A DNA stretch of 64,000 bases from Perna viridis (taxonomy: Eukaryota). Both the position numbers and the translations under genes were made by a program. The notes beneath the pieces are model-generated. The model saw only the letters and a program-made list of their open reading frames with translations. It did not search any database and had not been told where the DNA came from. The DNA lies in the NCBI GenBank assembly GCA_037379345.1, contig CM074519.1, positions 36,048,103 to 36,112,102 of the forward strand, given 5' to 3'. Position 1 is the first letter of the stretch; every line of letters begins with the position of its first letter. Positions 45,328 to 60,791 of this stretch are shown here, one piece after another.

Positions 45328-45584
45328 AAAATCTTCTGTTAGAAAAAAAATATGTTGTGCCACCCACATCATAGAATATGCTTGAGTTTTACGTAGACAG
45401 CCTCTTAAATGCATAAAAATAAATGAGATTTTTGTTTGTTTGTTTGTTTGTTGGGACATTAAACCCCAACAAACAAACAAAAATCTCATTTATTTTCATG
45501 CATTTAATAGGCTGTCTATGTAAAACTCAAGCATATTCTATGATGTGGGTGGCACAACATATTTTTTTTCTCACAGAAGTTTTT
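45328..45584. repeat. Near-perfect long inverted repeat (arms about 120 bp, loop about 9 nt)
   Basis: Arms are complementary around ggg-acattaaac-ccc; the ORF track shows near-identical peptides on both strands. Confidence 0.95.
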
Positions 45585-46087
45585 GTTCATTTTTCATGTT
45601 ATATGTATATTATATTATATCGTATGTCAAATAGTATAGTGATTTCAAACAATGGAGGATGGATGGCTCTGATAATGATTTTAAAAGTTCCCTTACAAAG
45701 CAACAAAATTTTTCATGAAAAAAGAGTTATCTCCCTTTTTCAATGAATTTCAATGCTGTAATGCTGTCAGTGTAATAAAAAAAAATGACATTCAACTTTG
45801 AGAAAGGATGCATTGGTGAAATGAAAGGGAGGAAATTTTTTGAAAACAAAATTTGTCTTTGTGCAACCAACTGCATAATTTTAGTGTGGACTTCCTTTAA
45901 AACATTCATCTCCCTCATCACTACTATCCTACTATCTTTATTCAGGTATATTTTACAGATAATTTCAGGACAAAAATTCAATAATGAATTATCTCTCCAG
46001 TTCAATGTATCAATAGTTATATTGACGCATTTACATTGAAATGAAACATTTATTATCAGTGCCTTATTGTTCAGTATGAACTTTCAG

Positions 46088-46205
46088 GGAGCTCCAGAAG
46101 GTATTTTGGACAGATGTACTCATGTCAGGGTTGGAGCTAACAAAGTTCCCATGTCACCAGCCATCAAGAATGAGATCATGAAACATGTTGCTTCTTACGG
46201 AACTG
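46088..46205 (+). CDS. ATP2A: SERCA exon 16 (GAPEGILDRCTHVRVGANKVPMSPAIKNEIMKHVASYGT)
   Basis: ctttcag| ... |gtatgc, 118 nt; completes KGAPE. Confidence 0.95.
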
Positions 46206-46528
46206 GTATGCATTAACTAATTTTATGCTCTTGACAATTGTCCCACACCATTCATCTTTTTCAAAACTTAAGGCTTCTTTTGAAAAACTCTAAATGATGA
46301 GTAACTTTTCCACACATGAAGTTTGCTTTCCAAACTTAACAAATCCTTTAAAAAATTCAAGCTTTCCAGATGACAGGAAAGTGGAATCCTAGAACACTAT
46401 ACTGTTTGACATCTTCGAGTTTAACACATTAACACATTCAAGCTTTTAATTAATTAATGAACTGCTTTCAAATTTATGATAATTAAAATTCAGAATGTAT
46501 CAATTTTCTGTCAACAAATTTGAATTAA

Positions 46529-46714
<186 letters not shown>

Positions 46715-47209
46715 TGATAGCTTTACAGGTTTTGTTTTTACTTGTGACCTATCTGATATTTGACCACAATTACACTGTTGATGTGATGTTGAAATTGGAC
46801 CTCCAACTTAAGAGAGTGTGAATTGAAAAAAACTGAATGAAATGTGCATGAAAAAAGTCATCACAAAGTCAAAATATGAATGTAGCTCAAAGCATGATTT
46901 AAAACAGTGGAAAACTACCGATTTGTGCCCTCATTGAACTAGGGTGGTCTAGAGTTCTTGGAAATGTTTGGCTTCTATGAGAAAATTCAAATGAAAATTT
47001 GCTTGTGCTAAAACTTTGCACTCTGAACTTAATGAATCCTTTTGAAATTTTAAGTATTCTACATCTCAAAGGGAAAGGTGAGTGTGATTGATAACTTTCC
47101 CTCACCAAAATGTTAGTTGCCCCTGGTGACACTTAACTTAGAAAATGTTACTGATTTTGGCTTTAACTTTGTTTTACACCATTGATACAAGATTCTTCCG
47201 TATTTGTAG

Positions 47210-47341
<132 letters not shown>

Positions 47342-47670
47342 TAGATTCTGTGATAGAAAATAAGGCATTAATTTTTATATAGCTGAAATTTAAAAAATTA
47401 AATTTATTTTGTCTTATGGGAAACTGCATTAAAAATAAGTAACTTTTTAAGTTGCATTTAAAACCACCAAAATCAATGCTGTCAATAATTAAGTTCACAT
47501 TGTAGTACATTGTAAATTTTATGATAAAAGAAAATGAATTGAAAAAGATAACATGTAAATAAATTAGTATGGTTTCATTAGAAACCTGCAAATTTGGGCA
47601 TACAGATTTTTAAGAATGTTCTCCGAGCTGGCTGTTATGATTTTTAATACAAGTATTTGATATATTTTAG

Positions 47671-47991
<321 letters not shown>

Positions 47992-48281
47992 TGATTTACA
48001 TGAACAAATTAAACAGCTTCATCTACATAGCTAATTTAACATTGATCATTCTTTGTTTAGTCAGTTTTCTTTCTTCTGTTGTGCCGATTTATGTCAATTC
48101 AGACAATCAACAATAAATCTTGAGTATCAAGGGCAGACTACTCATTATAACAAAAATAAATAATAAGGTACTCTGTCTGAAAGTAAAGTCAAATGCAAGT
48201 ACTTGGAGAAGTGTAAGATCTCTTTTATGAGTAACACTTGCTTTATTTTGATATATTATAAATGAGTCTTTTGTATTTTGA

Positions 48282-48982
<701 letters not shown>

Positions 48983-49199
48983 TAAGGAGACTTAAATTTT
49001 TTTTGTGATTTTTGAATTCTTTTTATGAGCTAGCTGAATCAGAAGATTTAATTGTAAAGTATACCTGCTCATTGCAGAAGAAACAGGATGAAATATGTAA
49101 TGACTTTAGAAGGAACTGCAGTCATTATTTCAAAGAGTATAACTTGTCATTTGCAAATTCTGAAGGCAAAAAAAGGATGTTCAATTTTGGTTGACCTAA

Positions 49200-49481
<282 letters not shown>

Positions 49482-49901
49482 TAAAACTTTATGAGCTTTT
49501 TGGAATGTCAGTATCCAGTAATCTGAATAACTTTTTTTACTCTGTATGAAGGATTAAGAAATTGAAGAAAAAGGAGCCGGGTTGTCAAAATTTAGGTAAA
49601 ATTGTTACAATTTGAATAAATCCTACACTGAGGTAAAACACATTTTTGTATGGCAAAAAATAAAATTTCAAACTTTATGTAAAAATAACTACTTGTACAT
49701 GACAATCAAACAACTATGCTGAATAAATTTCGAATGAACTGGATATATTTTGTGAACAATCATTTTTACAAAATTCATAACATAGTTTAGAATTGCCCAT
49801 CAAATAATCTACTGAGATCGTCCTTAGTGAACCATGATGTGATGAAAATATCTCCGAAACTGGGGGAAATATCCATGAAACTAGCTCAAAATTAGTCATG
49901 A

Positions 49902-50111
<210 letters not shown>

Positions 50112-50410
50112 TGATCTATATAACTGAAAAGGCTCCAATATTTGGTTGATTAGATAGTATAGTATAATGATTTATTTTATCAATGAGTTATACAGAAGTC
50201 TTTTTTACCATGATATAGTAATTTGCATATTAATTGATGAAATTGCCCTGAATTTTGGAATGTTGATATTCATTTACTGTTGTGATATGATGGCTCTTTG
50301 ATTTACCATGATGTTTTACTGGTCAAACCATTGGTGTACAGACTCCATCAGCATCAGGTTCTGCTGCAAAGATTTATAATTAATTTATGAATGGGAGCAT
50401 TAATAGCTAA

Positions 50411-50602
<192 letters not shown>

Positions 50603-51183
50603 TAACCAGTGCACACATTTATCTCCATCTGGTGGTGGTTTTATATGTTCTTTCTCACAAATACAGACAGGTGTTTTCTAACTTTTCATATTTTTGGCTT
50701 GTGACTTAAATTATGTTTATTGAACTTAGACTTTCTAATTTCCAAATTGTGGAATCATTACTATAGGTTTGACGGTACCTATATGAAACAGTTGTCTGTA
50801 TTTCCTCCTTTCTAATCTAAGGAATCTATGAACCATCTGAGTTTATGTCCTTTGGTCCAGATGAAAATAATGACTTCTGACTTGAAACATTCTAGTTCAT
50901 CCCACACTATTATCTTGTTTGTGGCTGTACAAAATCTATTTAACCTGTATGGTTCATAGAATCTGAATTGTTTGATGGTTTTTCTCCTTACAGGGTACAG
51001 CCTGGTGGCATCTATCCGGAAATCTCTACCTCTCAAAGCAGATTATTCATACAAATAACATGCTAATTGCCATTAATCAATTCTTGTTTTGGATCTTAAG
51101 AGTATGAATAGTCTTCTTTAGAGAATGAATGTCAAACACTTCTTCTTCCTCCTATTTATTTGATCACCAACATTTTTCCTCAG

Positions 51184-51317
51184 ACCCACCATTCCCAGTG
51201 CTTAGCCCAGGACCAAAGATTTCAAGGCATCAACTGTAACATATTCGACAGTCCTGAGCCGATGACCATGGCTCTGTCTGTACTGGTTGTTGTTGAAATG
51301 TTGAATGCTTTGAACAG
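51184..51317 (+). CDS. ATP2A: SERCA alternative exon 24B ([44 protein letters not shown])
   Basis: tttttcctcag| ... AG|gtaagg, 134 nt, same phases as 24A, no stop; absent from the ORF track. Confidence 0.92.
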
Positions 51318-53401
51318 GTAAGGAGCAGACAAGGAGCATAGCATCAGGAATGACAATTATCCTGGATCACAAAGGGAACAGTTCTCACATATTCCTTCAG
51401 TTTTTGCATGTCTGATGCAGATCAACCTATATCACATAGGAGAATCTGGACTTCAGAAACTCTTTAAATTTTTAAATTACCAAATCCTCAATTCTTTTTG
51501 ACATGTGTTGTGTGTTTTTAATTTTTTTTTGTTTATTTATTCAAATTCTCTTTACTTTGATAATATTTGTAGTTTCAAAATTGTTTTTAATCTATGAAAT
51601 TGATTATTTTCCCTATCCTCTTTTGGTTTTATATTAATTTCTATTTTAAATAGCTTTAATCTGCATCTGAATGTATTATTCTGAGTCCAGGTGTCCTCCC
51701 TTTGTGGTAGAGGGTAAACAGACATTTTAGATTATTTCATGAGAGGAAATGTCTGAAATGATCTGGCAATTCCTGCATGTTATGTTTCTCTATGCTTCTT
51801 ACATGTTGCCAGCATAGTATTTAGAGATTTTATCTTTCTGGTATAGAACAAGATTTTCTTTACAAACTTATAAAACTAAATGTAAGAGAATATTTTCATT
51901 TCAGTGAACCTTGCTTCAATTGTTAAATTACACAATATTCTGCAGTATTCACTTCAGAATAGCTATTTACAATAATATTTTCATTTCTTCCATCACCCCT
52001 TCCCTTATGTTTTTTTCAAGGTTTCATAGATTTGTTTTTGTAAACCCTGCTTAAAGTTCCAGCAATTCCTGTAGAACAGAGTGACAGGGGCTTTATTTTG
52101 TTATAAATAATACTAATTTGATGCCATCAGTGATCTTGTTTATATTAACACTATCATTCTTTTTCATTCTCTGCTTGATTATAGAACTTTCATAGATTAA
52201 TTACGTGTATGTAACACTTAAGAAGAGTTATCTTTCTTGGCCTTGTGTTCCTTCACAAGAATGCCTTAGAGATTAACTATAGTATATATGTATGACTTGA
52301 TGCTGACCATTGTATATATAGAATCTATTAGTTAGTCATGGTTGATATTAGAATAGATAGACGTACAATGACTGGAATAGTCACCCTTCCTATCTTTCTG
52401 TTGTGTGAATAGTTGAATTAATCACTTACAATAATAGCAAAGAATTAAAAGCTACCTTACCTATTACATGTACTAATCAGAACCTATGCAGATTTTGTAT
52501 TCAATGATATAATAATGTCACTCAGCGAGGGGTTGGTATATTAGAATCACTTTGTATATTCATCCATCGATTTTTATTCGCAAAAAAGTCTTCGCTCCCA
52601 CTTGATGGATTGATTTCAAGTTTAGTGTGTGGCTTTACATAGATGGGGCTTAAATTGTTAGTGACTTTGGATGCTGTCCAAAATCTACTTCCTGTTTTTA
52701 TCTATATGGAATGATAGGGAAAATTTTCGTATGAAAATCTCAGCTTCCACTGGACAGATCGATTTCAAAATTAGGATATAGCATTATACAGATACACCAT
52801 ACATTGTAAGTGATATTGATTGCAGTCCTATATCAACTTCCTGTATAAATTGGGGTATACATAACACTTTCATAAACCCTTCAGCTCAAACTACTCGTTA
52901 TCATTCCCACTCAGGGTAAGCTGAAATAATGAAGGTAATATTTATCTCCCTTTACTTGTGATGTCATTGTTATTGTATTGAGTATTTCTCCTTTCATTTA
53001 AAATATCAACCTACTTTTGTTTCTGGTAAATGAATAATTTTTGGTGATTCTTGTTTTGCCAATGTTTAGTAATGTACAAAATACTTCAACAAAGAGTAAA
53101 TATTTCACAGAATTTATTATGGTGTTATTTGATAGAGGGCTGAAATAAGCTTAAATTAGGGCCCTGCGAAATAATTGCCCACTTACAGTATTTACCTTCT
53201 AGTAGCTTTTGGTATTCTTCATTTAATGGTAGAAAGACTGTGAAACTTCCATAGTTTTTTTTTAATGCTGATTAGCATTTTAAAAAGTAAGTATTTAATC
53301 CTTAAAGTTTTTATATGTATATATATATTACACTTAATAGATTCTCATTAAGTTTAAATGAAACCAAGTCTGAATTTGGACATATTTTGTTACTGTGGTA
53401 A

Positions 53402-53602
<201 letters not shown>

Positions 53603-53631
53603 TGATATAGGGTTTTATTATAAGTAGAATT

Positions 53632-54032
53632 TTAGGTAGAAAACCCACTAAGAATCATGCAAAATGTGATACATGGTTGGAAAGCCTACATATTTTTATT
53701 TTTGATATTTTATTTAAAATGCTTACGTAAACAGAAAATATAATATGGCTTTTCATAGATACCATGTTTTTAGGAGATAAAAATTATATAGAATGCACTA
53801 TAGGATTCAAAATTAAGGTAAATAATTTTGTAAATGACACTAAAATTCAATAGAAACTGTTGGGTTTTCCATGTACATTATCTCCTAAGTACAGACAAAT
53901 TGGAATGAATGATTATACATCTCATTATAGACCCATGAAACAACTTAGTAACAATAATAAAAATGAGAGCCTTTTTTGGGGTGTATCACATATTACAGAA
54001 TTTGCATGATTCTTACAAAGACTGCTACTTAA
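53632..54032 (+). mobile_element. About 400-bp TTAA-bounded MITE family, copy 3
   Basis: Collinear with 9809-10209; left end more decayed. Confidence 0.82.
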
Positions 54033-54318
54033 GTCATTGAGTATCAGGTATTTATGGAGATTTATACAAAAATACATTATAAATTTACTCTTAAGAATAT
54101 TGCTCTTCTTACCTTTCTTCTATATTTTTTTTGTCTGGTTTTGTGTACTCGTATGAGGCAAAGTCTTCTTAATGGATTTTGATATTGAATCCCCAGTCTT
54201 CTTTTAAAATTTTAATTACTTCAAGAAAGTTAATTTAAGAGGACTAGGTTGATAGATCGAATTAATTCATGTTCTTTCAATAAAATATGAAATAGCATTA
54301 GAAAATGTGTATAATTGA

Positions 54319-54564
<246 letters not shown>

Positions 54565-57500
54565 TGGTTGTCCCCCTTTTAGTGAAGATGATCCTACCTT
54601 AAACCTTTAGAATGATCCATTTCTCCATCACCCTCTGGCATTGCCTATTTGTGATGAAAATAGCATTGACTTAATCTCATTTGATGTTTGTGTGTTGTCA
54701 GAGCTATTCCTTTCTGTTCCTTTTGAAAAGGGAGATAATTTTACCAACTTATTTATTGAAGTGTTTTATGGCATTGTTTCTGTTTTGTTATGATTGTGTC
54801 AATTCTTGTCATTATAGAAAAGATTGCTCATGATAGCAATATAAATTATTGAAAGGCCTTAAACAAATTTGAATTTTCATCCTTTTATGTTTTCCTGACA
54901 AACTTTGGTAGGCATAAAGTTTTTCAGTCTGTGCATCTGTTTGCAATTCTTTTTTCCCTATCATACCTTGGATTAAAGTATGCTATGAATTTTTTAAATT
55001 GAAATTTGGTTTCCACATAATGAAATATGGTTCAAATCATGCACATAATGATATTCATTTAAAAATATTCACCATTTTATGGGTCATGACAAAAAAAATC
55101 CTATAGTCAGGCATCAATGTGGTATAAAAACATTGTTTTATAAAATACTCCTCCTATAATACATAATCGTCGATTAAGTTAACATCCCCAGATTTCTTAC
55201 AGTGTGACAATATCCCCTATTGTAATGTTCATTTTTCATGGATGTAATTATTCTATTTTAACATTGTCATAGCCATTGTAAGCTCATTTACCCATTATAA
55301 AATGGTATATGTAATGTATTTGTCATAGGTAGCTACTAAAACCAAGCTGATTTTATTTTTCAAGTAGCTAAAAATTGCTTTGCTTGTTCTATTAACTGAG
55401 ATTAAAGACTTTAGGCACTTCTGATTAGTGTTTAAATAAAAAAAAATGCAAATATAAAGTTTTAGTGTTGCAGAGAAATAAGAATGTATTAAGAAAGGTG
55501 TTCAACATGTATTCCTGAATGCTCTCCCTTGTTTTTTGTTTTATTGCATGTAACTGTCTTATGTTCCTTTAATCCTGTGTGGATAATAATGAATGGTGAG
55601 GACTTTTTGCTTTTTTTTCACTGTAGTCTAAATGAGCATATGCTATGATAAAATTGGCATTGGATTAGTCAATCATCTTTTAGGCAAATCAATTAACCAG
55701 ATAAAATTTTGTTCATCTTTTTGAAAATAATCAAAACATTCAAAACTTTTTATAGTTTTATGAAATTTTGTTGGAGTAGTATATGTTCATCCGCAATATT
55801 CCTGGTTTGGTCATTTTAGAGAATTGTGCTTGGTTTTAGTAGATACCTATTTCTTTCCAATGTTATTGGAAACTATTAGTGTTTTATTTTCAGCCTAGAG
55901 TTTTTTTACCTGGGTTTCTGTTTGTAATAAATTAACATAGGCTGGGAACCCTTTTCTACTGTTTTAACCTCCACTTTTCACACCTTTTGGGAATGTCACA
56001 CTCAAAATCCATATAGAAATCACTAGCACCAGCTTAGCTCACTGTATGGTGTATGAGCTTTAAAATCTTCATTTTAAAAGGAGCAAAATTCTATCATTTT
56101 TAACGTCATTTACTTATCATCAGAATCAAAATTGGAATACAATGTGTTTAGAAAGCTTGTATTTGCTTTGAGTGTACTTTCTTGCAAGTAGAAATTTTTA
56201 GATTTGCAGACAAAAATTCTTTGTTTAAATTTTATTTGAATTTTAAAAAATGATATAAAGGATATAATTATAACAGTACAGAAGGGTTTCTGATTGATCT
56301 CATAGAGAATAATGCTTAACATGTCACTCAAATATCAAGTGAGTTGGTTGTGGCGAAATGCTCAAAAGTATTTGGTCTACTTGATATAATTGAATTTTAC
56401 ATTTTTCCAAGATGTGACATTGTAGTCATTTTTATTGTTTCTATTTTGTTTCAACAATGTACCAAGAGCTTTTTTAAATGTATAAATGATTTTTTCAGTG
56501 GATTAATAAAAAGGAATATGATGGTAAATTATAATATATATACTTTATTTATATATAATGATATATGGCCAATAGTGATCTTTTCTTCATTGCGCTTTTT
56601 CTTACTCAGGAACATTCTTAACTTAATTCTTAGAACAAAGAATGTATATTGGATTTTAATAAAACATAAGTTTAATTTTTGTAAGAGAAGAATATACGGG
56701 CCTTACACCCCACTCTAAATAGCCATTCTTCTCATTAAGTTTATTGAGCCAACTTTTTAAATTTTGATCATAGTGTAATAAAAATTTCTGTTATTGAACT
56801 TAGTAAATCCCAATTTTTATTCATTTTGTTATATTTCCAAACCAGGGTATAAGTAATGAAAAGTCTTCACTTTGTTTAACTAAAAATTTGAAACTTAATT
56901 TTCTTATAAAATATGAAAACCAATTAATCAGAGATGATCATAATTCAGTCAAATTAATCAGTCATTTGTTGACATTGTCAAGTAATTGTACAGGTTTTAA
57001 ACATTGTCATTCATTGTTTACGATGTCATAACATTCCAAACAATGTATTTGTATTGAGGGTACTTTTTGCAATAATAAATGGCCTGATATATTATTGTAA
57101 AAAGATCTTTTATAAATTAAAAATATGAAAACTGCATGGTGTGTTTCCTTCTGATTCTAGCCAATTCAATAGCTATTAGCTGTGTGTGAAGTTAATAGTC
57201 AGTTATATAGGCTGCTAGCAGACTTGTTATTCATCATTGCTATTAGGCAGTTGTATTTATTCCCTCTTTAAACATATAGACAAGTTTTTTTGAAGGTATG
57301 AAGCACCATTACTGGAAAGATTCTTTTTTCCTTGGTAACAATTTTCATGGTTTCTCAAATTTTGTTTGTTGCTTGTTGAGTTTGAATTCATTGTTTTATT
57401 TGAGTGTCAAAGTTTTCAATTCATTGGGAGTTCAAATTCCTTGGAATCTCATGAACTAAATAATTAGTGAAAAAAAGTTACATATTCAAAGACATCAGAG

Positions 57501-57684
57501 ATAAGCCATATAACTCTCTAGCTTTAATTCTTCAGCAATGTTGCTAACTACCCACTATTCAGTCACTGCCTTCTGACCATCTTGAATATTTCTGTCGCAG
57601 CTCTGCCACTTATTAATACATGCATGATATTATATAACTAAATAGTATTTGATTGAATTTATAATAAGCTTTATATACCCACAG

Positions 57685-57734
57685 CAAATGTATATGGAGA
57701 ATTAAACATGGGCTGCAACACTTGCACTGTTTAA
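57685..57734 (+). CDS. Candidate alternative terminal coding exon, (A)NVYGELNMGCNTCTV*
   Basis: tatacccacag| acceptor; phase-compatible with the 54478 donor; no transcript evidence. Confidence 0.4.
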
Positions 57735-60184
57735 TTTTAACTATTATATCACTAGTTTGGTGTCTGTTATGTTTCTTTTATATATATACATATATATGTT
57801 GAACATCTGAGTTTTAACATTGGTGGTGTAAATATATAACACAATCTTTTGTATCTATGAATGCATATCTCAAATGTGTTTCTGAATTATTTCTAGCAAC
57901 ATTTGCAGAGGAGAAAAGTAAAATATTTTCACATCTCAGTTTATAATAATGAATAGCTTTTTAGTAATTTGTTTTTAGAACTTGTAAATGCTTTTGTTAG
58001 GTTTGGTCACTAAAATTGTTCTTTTGAAATATGTTACTTTGACAGATTGCAATAAGATTTATAAAAAAAAATGCAATGGACAATTTCCCGTTATTGTTAT
58101 TATTATTATTTTTCATTCATAATGTGAATGGGATGAAGTCAATGCTGTTAGTCAAATTAGTCCTTTTTTTTTCCATTTTGTTCTTAACTATCAATGCCAT
58201 GAAGTACACATTGTTTTTTGGAATCAGGAGGCAGAGTTTGAGATAGGGGGCATGTCAAAACCAATTTATCTGAACAAAAAAACCTGCCTTTTGGGGATTT
58301 CAAAACAAATTTCTTTGTTTTTAAGCCTTTTTTTATGGAAACCAATGAAGGAGGGATATTTTACTGTTAACTTTGCTATACATCCCCATTAAGTGATGAG
58401 AGTACTCTTTACATTTTTCATTGACATAAAAATGACCGCGTATATTTTTTCCATATTATATTGATATTGCAATACAAATGGAGAATTAGGCATCATCAGA
58501 AGAGAGGTTGGAAGGCTGATTTTAATGGGCCTGACTTTGTCATCATGAACTTTAAAGAAATTAGAAAACTTTTTAGTAGAGTAATAGTTTTCTGTAATTT
58601 GTCATTAGAGTCTACCCTGAATTACATTTTGCAACAATTGGAAATTTTATTCAATTGTGAAATCTAGTCTTTAATTTCATGGTTTCGCTGGAACAAATTA
58701 AAGTTCAAATGTCGGAGAAATTATTCATTATGTACCATGATTCAACCATTGTCTAATTCCACAATATTAGTTTAAACTAAACCATACAAAATAAAAAAAA
58801 AAACAGAAAGCTCTTGTATGAAAAAAAACAGTTGAGTATATAGTGTATTCAATAAAACTAAATTATCACAGTATTCTAAAAAAAAAAAAAAACAAAGACC
58901 GAGTTGCAACATTTTGCTATATTTTCATCAATATTTTACATTGAAACCTATTTGTAAATTTGATAGCACTTTACCGTAGATATATATGAAATGAAAACAA
59001 ACAACTTGCATGAATAATCGGATGAAAAATGAAAGTCAATACTTACCTCATTAAATTTTCTGAACAGTAACAGGAATAATGAACTTTTTATATGTTTCTA
59101 ATTGAACTAGGAATGTTTACCTTCATATTTATTACTTTGCTGACTAAAATTGCTTTGTATTTATGTTTGCATGTATGTTTGTTCATGTTATATAGCATAT
59201 TTGTTTCTATCGATAACAAGCATGCATTGATGACTTATCTAACCAGTACTTGTATATAACCACTCTTCTAACCCGCATTTCATTGTCCTTTCTATGTACG
59301 TTCTGTGCCATCAACTCCTTGTCATAAAATTTTCTACCGTAATATTCCTTCTATTAGTCCGACCCTTCTGTAAGCTTAAATTATATATATATCAAATTAT
59401 TGTATCGAAATTTACTACCCTGTATTCTTCCCAGTCTTTACCCGTCACCTATTGTTTTGTGTAGTATTATACATTTGTCTAATGTCCAAAATTATCCATT
59501 TTTTTGTTTGCTTTGCTGTGTCCTTTCTTTTCTTTATTGTTAGGTCTCATATTATAGTATCAGTTGTGTACTATTTGAAACTCGAAGTCGAGAGTAATAC
59601 TTGTTCAAAACAGGCACATAAACACGGCACTAGAATAATATTAAGCACGCAAATATTTATCAAAGACTTCAAGTAAAATATTTATTTATTTAAGTAGTAA
59701 ATAGCAGCGCTTTAGATTCCTAGTAAAGCTAACATGCTTTGGTAGAACTGCTGAGTTCTCAAATTTAATGAGCTTTCATAAATAATTCACGTCTTTAGTT
59801 CGCGCCAAATTTATTATTTCACTGAAAACTTGGTCAGTTGCTGAATGCGCAGGTGCTAAGATAGTTCCATGTATAGTATGCACGCCAGTATTATATTCTT
59901 GTGGATTCGGACAATCTCTTGAAGGTTTAATATTAAGTGTTAAGTTGGCCGAACAGATGTAGAAATAATTATTAAAGTCATTGCCCCTTTCCACCCTGTT
60001 GGGAGTTGAATCATCATTTTACTTGTGTTTCAATGTTACATGTATTAATTGAAAGCCTGTAAGTAATTGCGCACAACTCAAGACTTGTGATGTTTTGTAT
60101 TTAACTTGTGTAGATTTGAATCAAAATTTGATTGATAGTTAAGTCTATGTGCAAACCAGTTCTACGTTATTTCTCTCCCTACAG

Positions 60185-60233
60185 TATATTATTTGGATAC
60201 TTTCACGAATCTCCCTTAGACTGTCGGACTGCA
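60185..60233 (+). CDS. Candidate stop-containing cassette exon, (V)YYLDTFTNLP*
   Basis: Strong acceptor tttctctccctacag|, in-phase TAG at 60217-60219, then donor GCA|gtaaga. Confidence 0.45.
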
Positions 60234-60771
60234 GTAAGATTATAATATTGGCAAGCATGTACTGTCTGGTCACCTTGTGTTAACTATAAAAAAAAACAAA
60301 TGGTCAAGTTTGGGGAAAGACGTGGTGATGCACCGTTTTGTTTTGGTTTTTCGTGGGTTAATTTTACTGTAGTATTCGCGACAATTGATACTTGTCAGCA
60401 TTTCAGCAATTTTATTCGTAAGTGTGAGAAAATGTTTTATTGTCCAATTTAATTCCAACGAAAGCTGGTAGAGTTTATAAGTCATGCAAAATATTTGCTT
60501 CTCGTAAAAAAAAAAACGATTGAAAGCTCGAGTCATGCGATAGAGTTTTCATGGTTTCATTTTCATGAAAAACTTATTGACCAATAATTTTCTTAACTTG
60601 ACAACTACCGCTTCTTTAAAAAAGTTGTTTGAAAGAGAACAAATTCATCCATGAAGACTAAGGCAAGAAAGGTGTGTTTCATTGCTTGTTTGGACCCCAA
60701 AATTGACATTTACAATCTAAAAATATACTAACAACATGACCAATGTTAATTGGCTTCGTCATCAATTTCAG

Positions 60772-60791
60772 ACTATCCAAACTTCTTCTGA
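60772..60791 (+). CDS. Candidate distal terminal exon, (D)YPNFF*
   Basis: Perfect TACTAAC branch site at 60726-60732; the first downstream AG is aatttcag|; phase-compatible with the 54478 donor. Confidence 0.45.

Noticed and set aside
45259-45746. Two near-identical ORFs on opposite strands
   Set aside because: Artefact of the inverted repeat.
52500-52910. Possible Helentron-associated non-autonomous element (similar impression at about 8690-9240)
   Set aside because: Resemblance only; I could not define boundaries or diagnostic termini.
59435-59676. Acceptor (ttcttcccag) in phase with a long hydrophobic ORF as another SERCA tail
   Set aside because: The hydrophobicity is explained by T-rich sequence and an 80-aa tail has no precedent I can support; not fully excluded.
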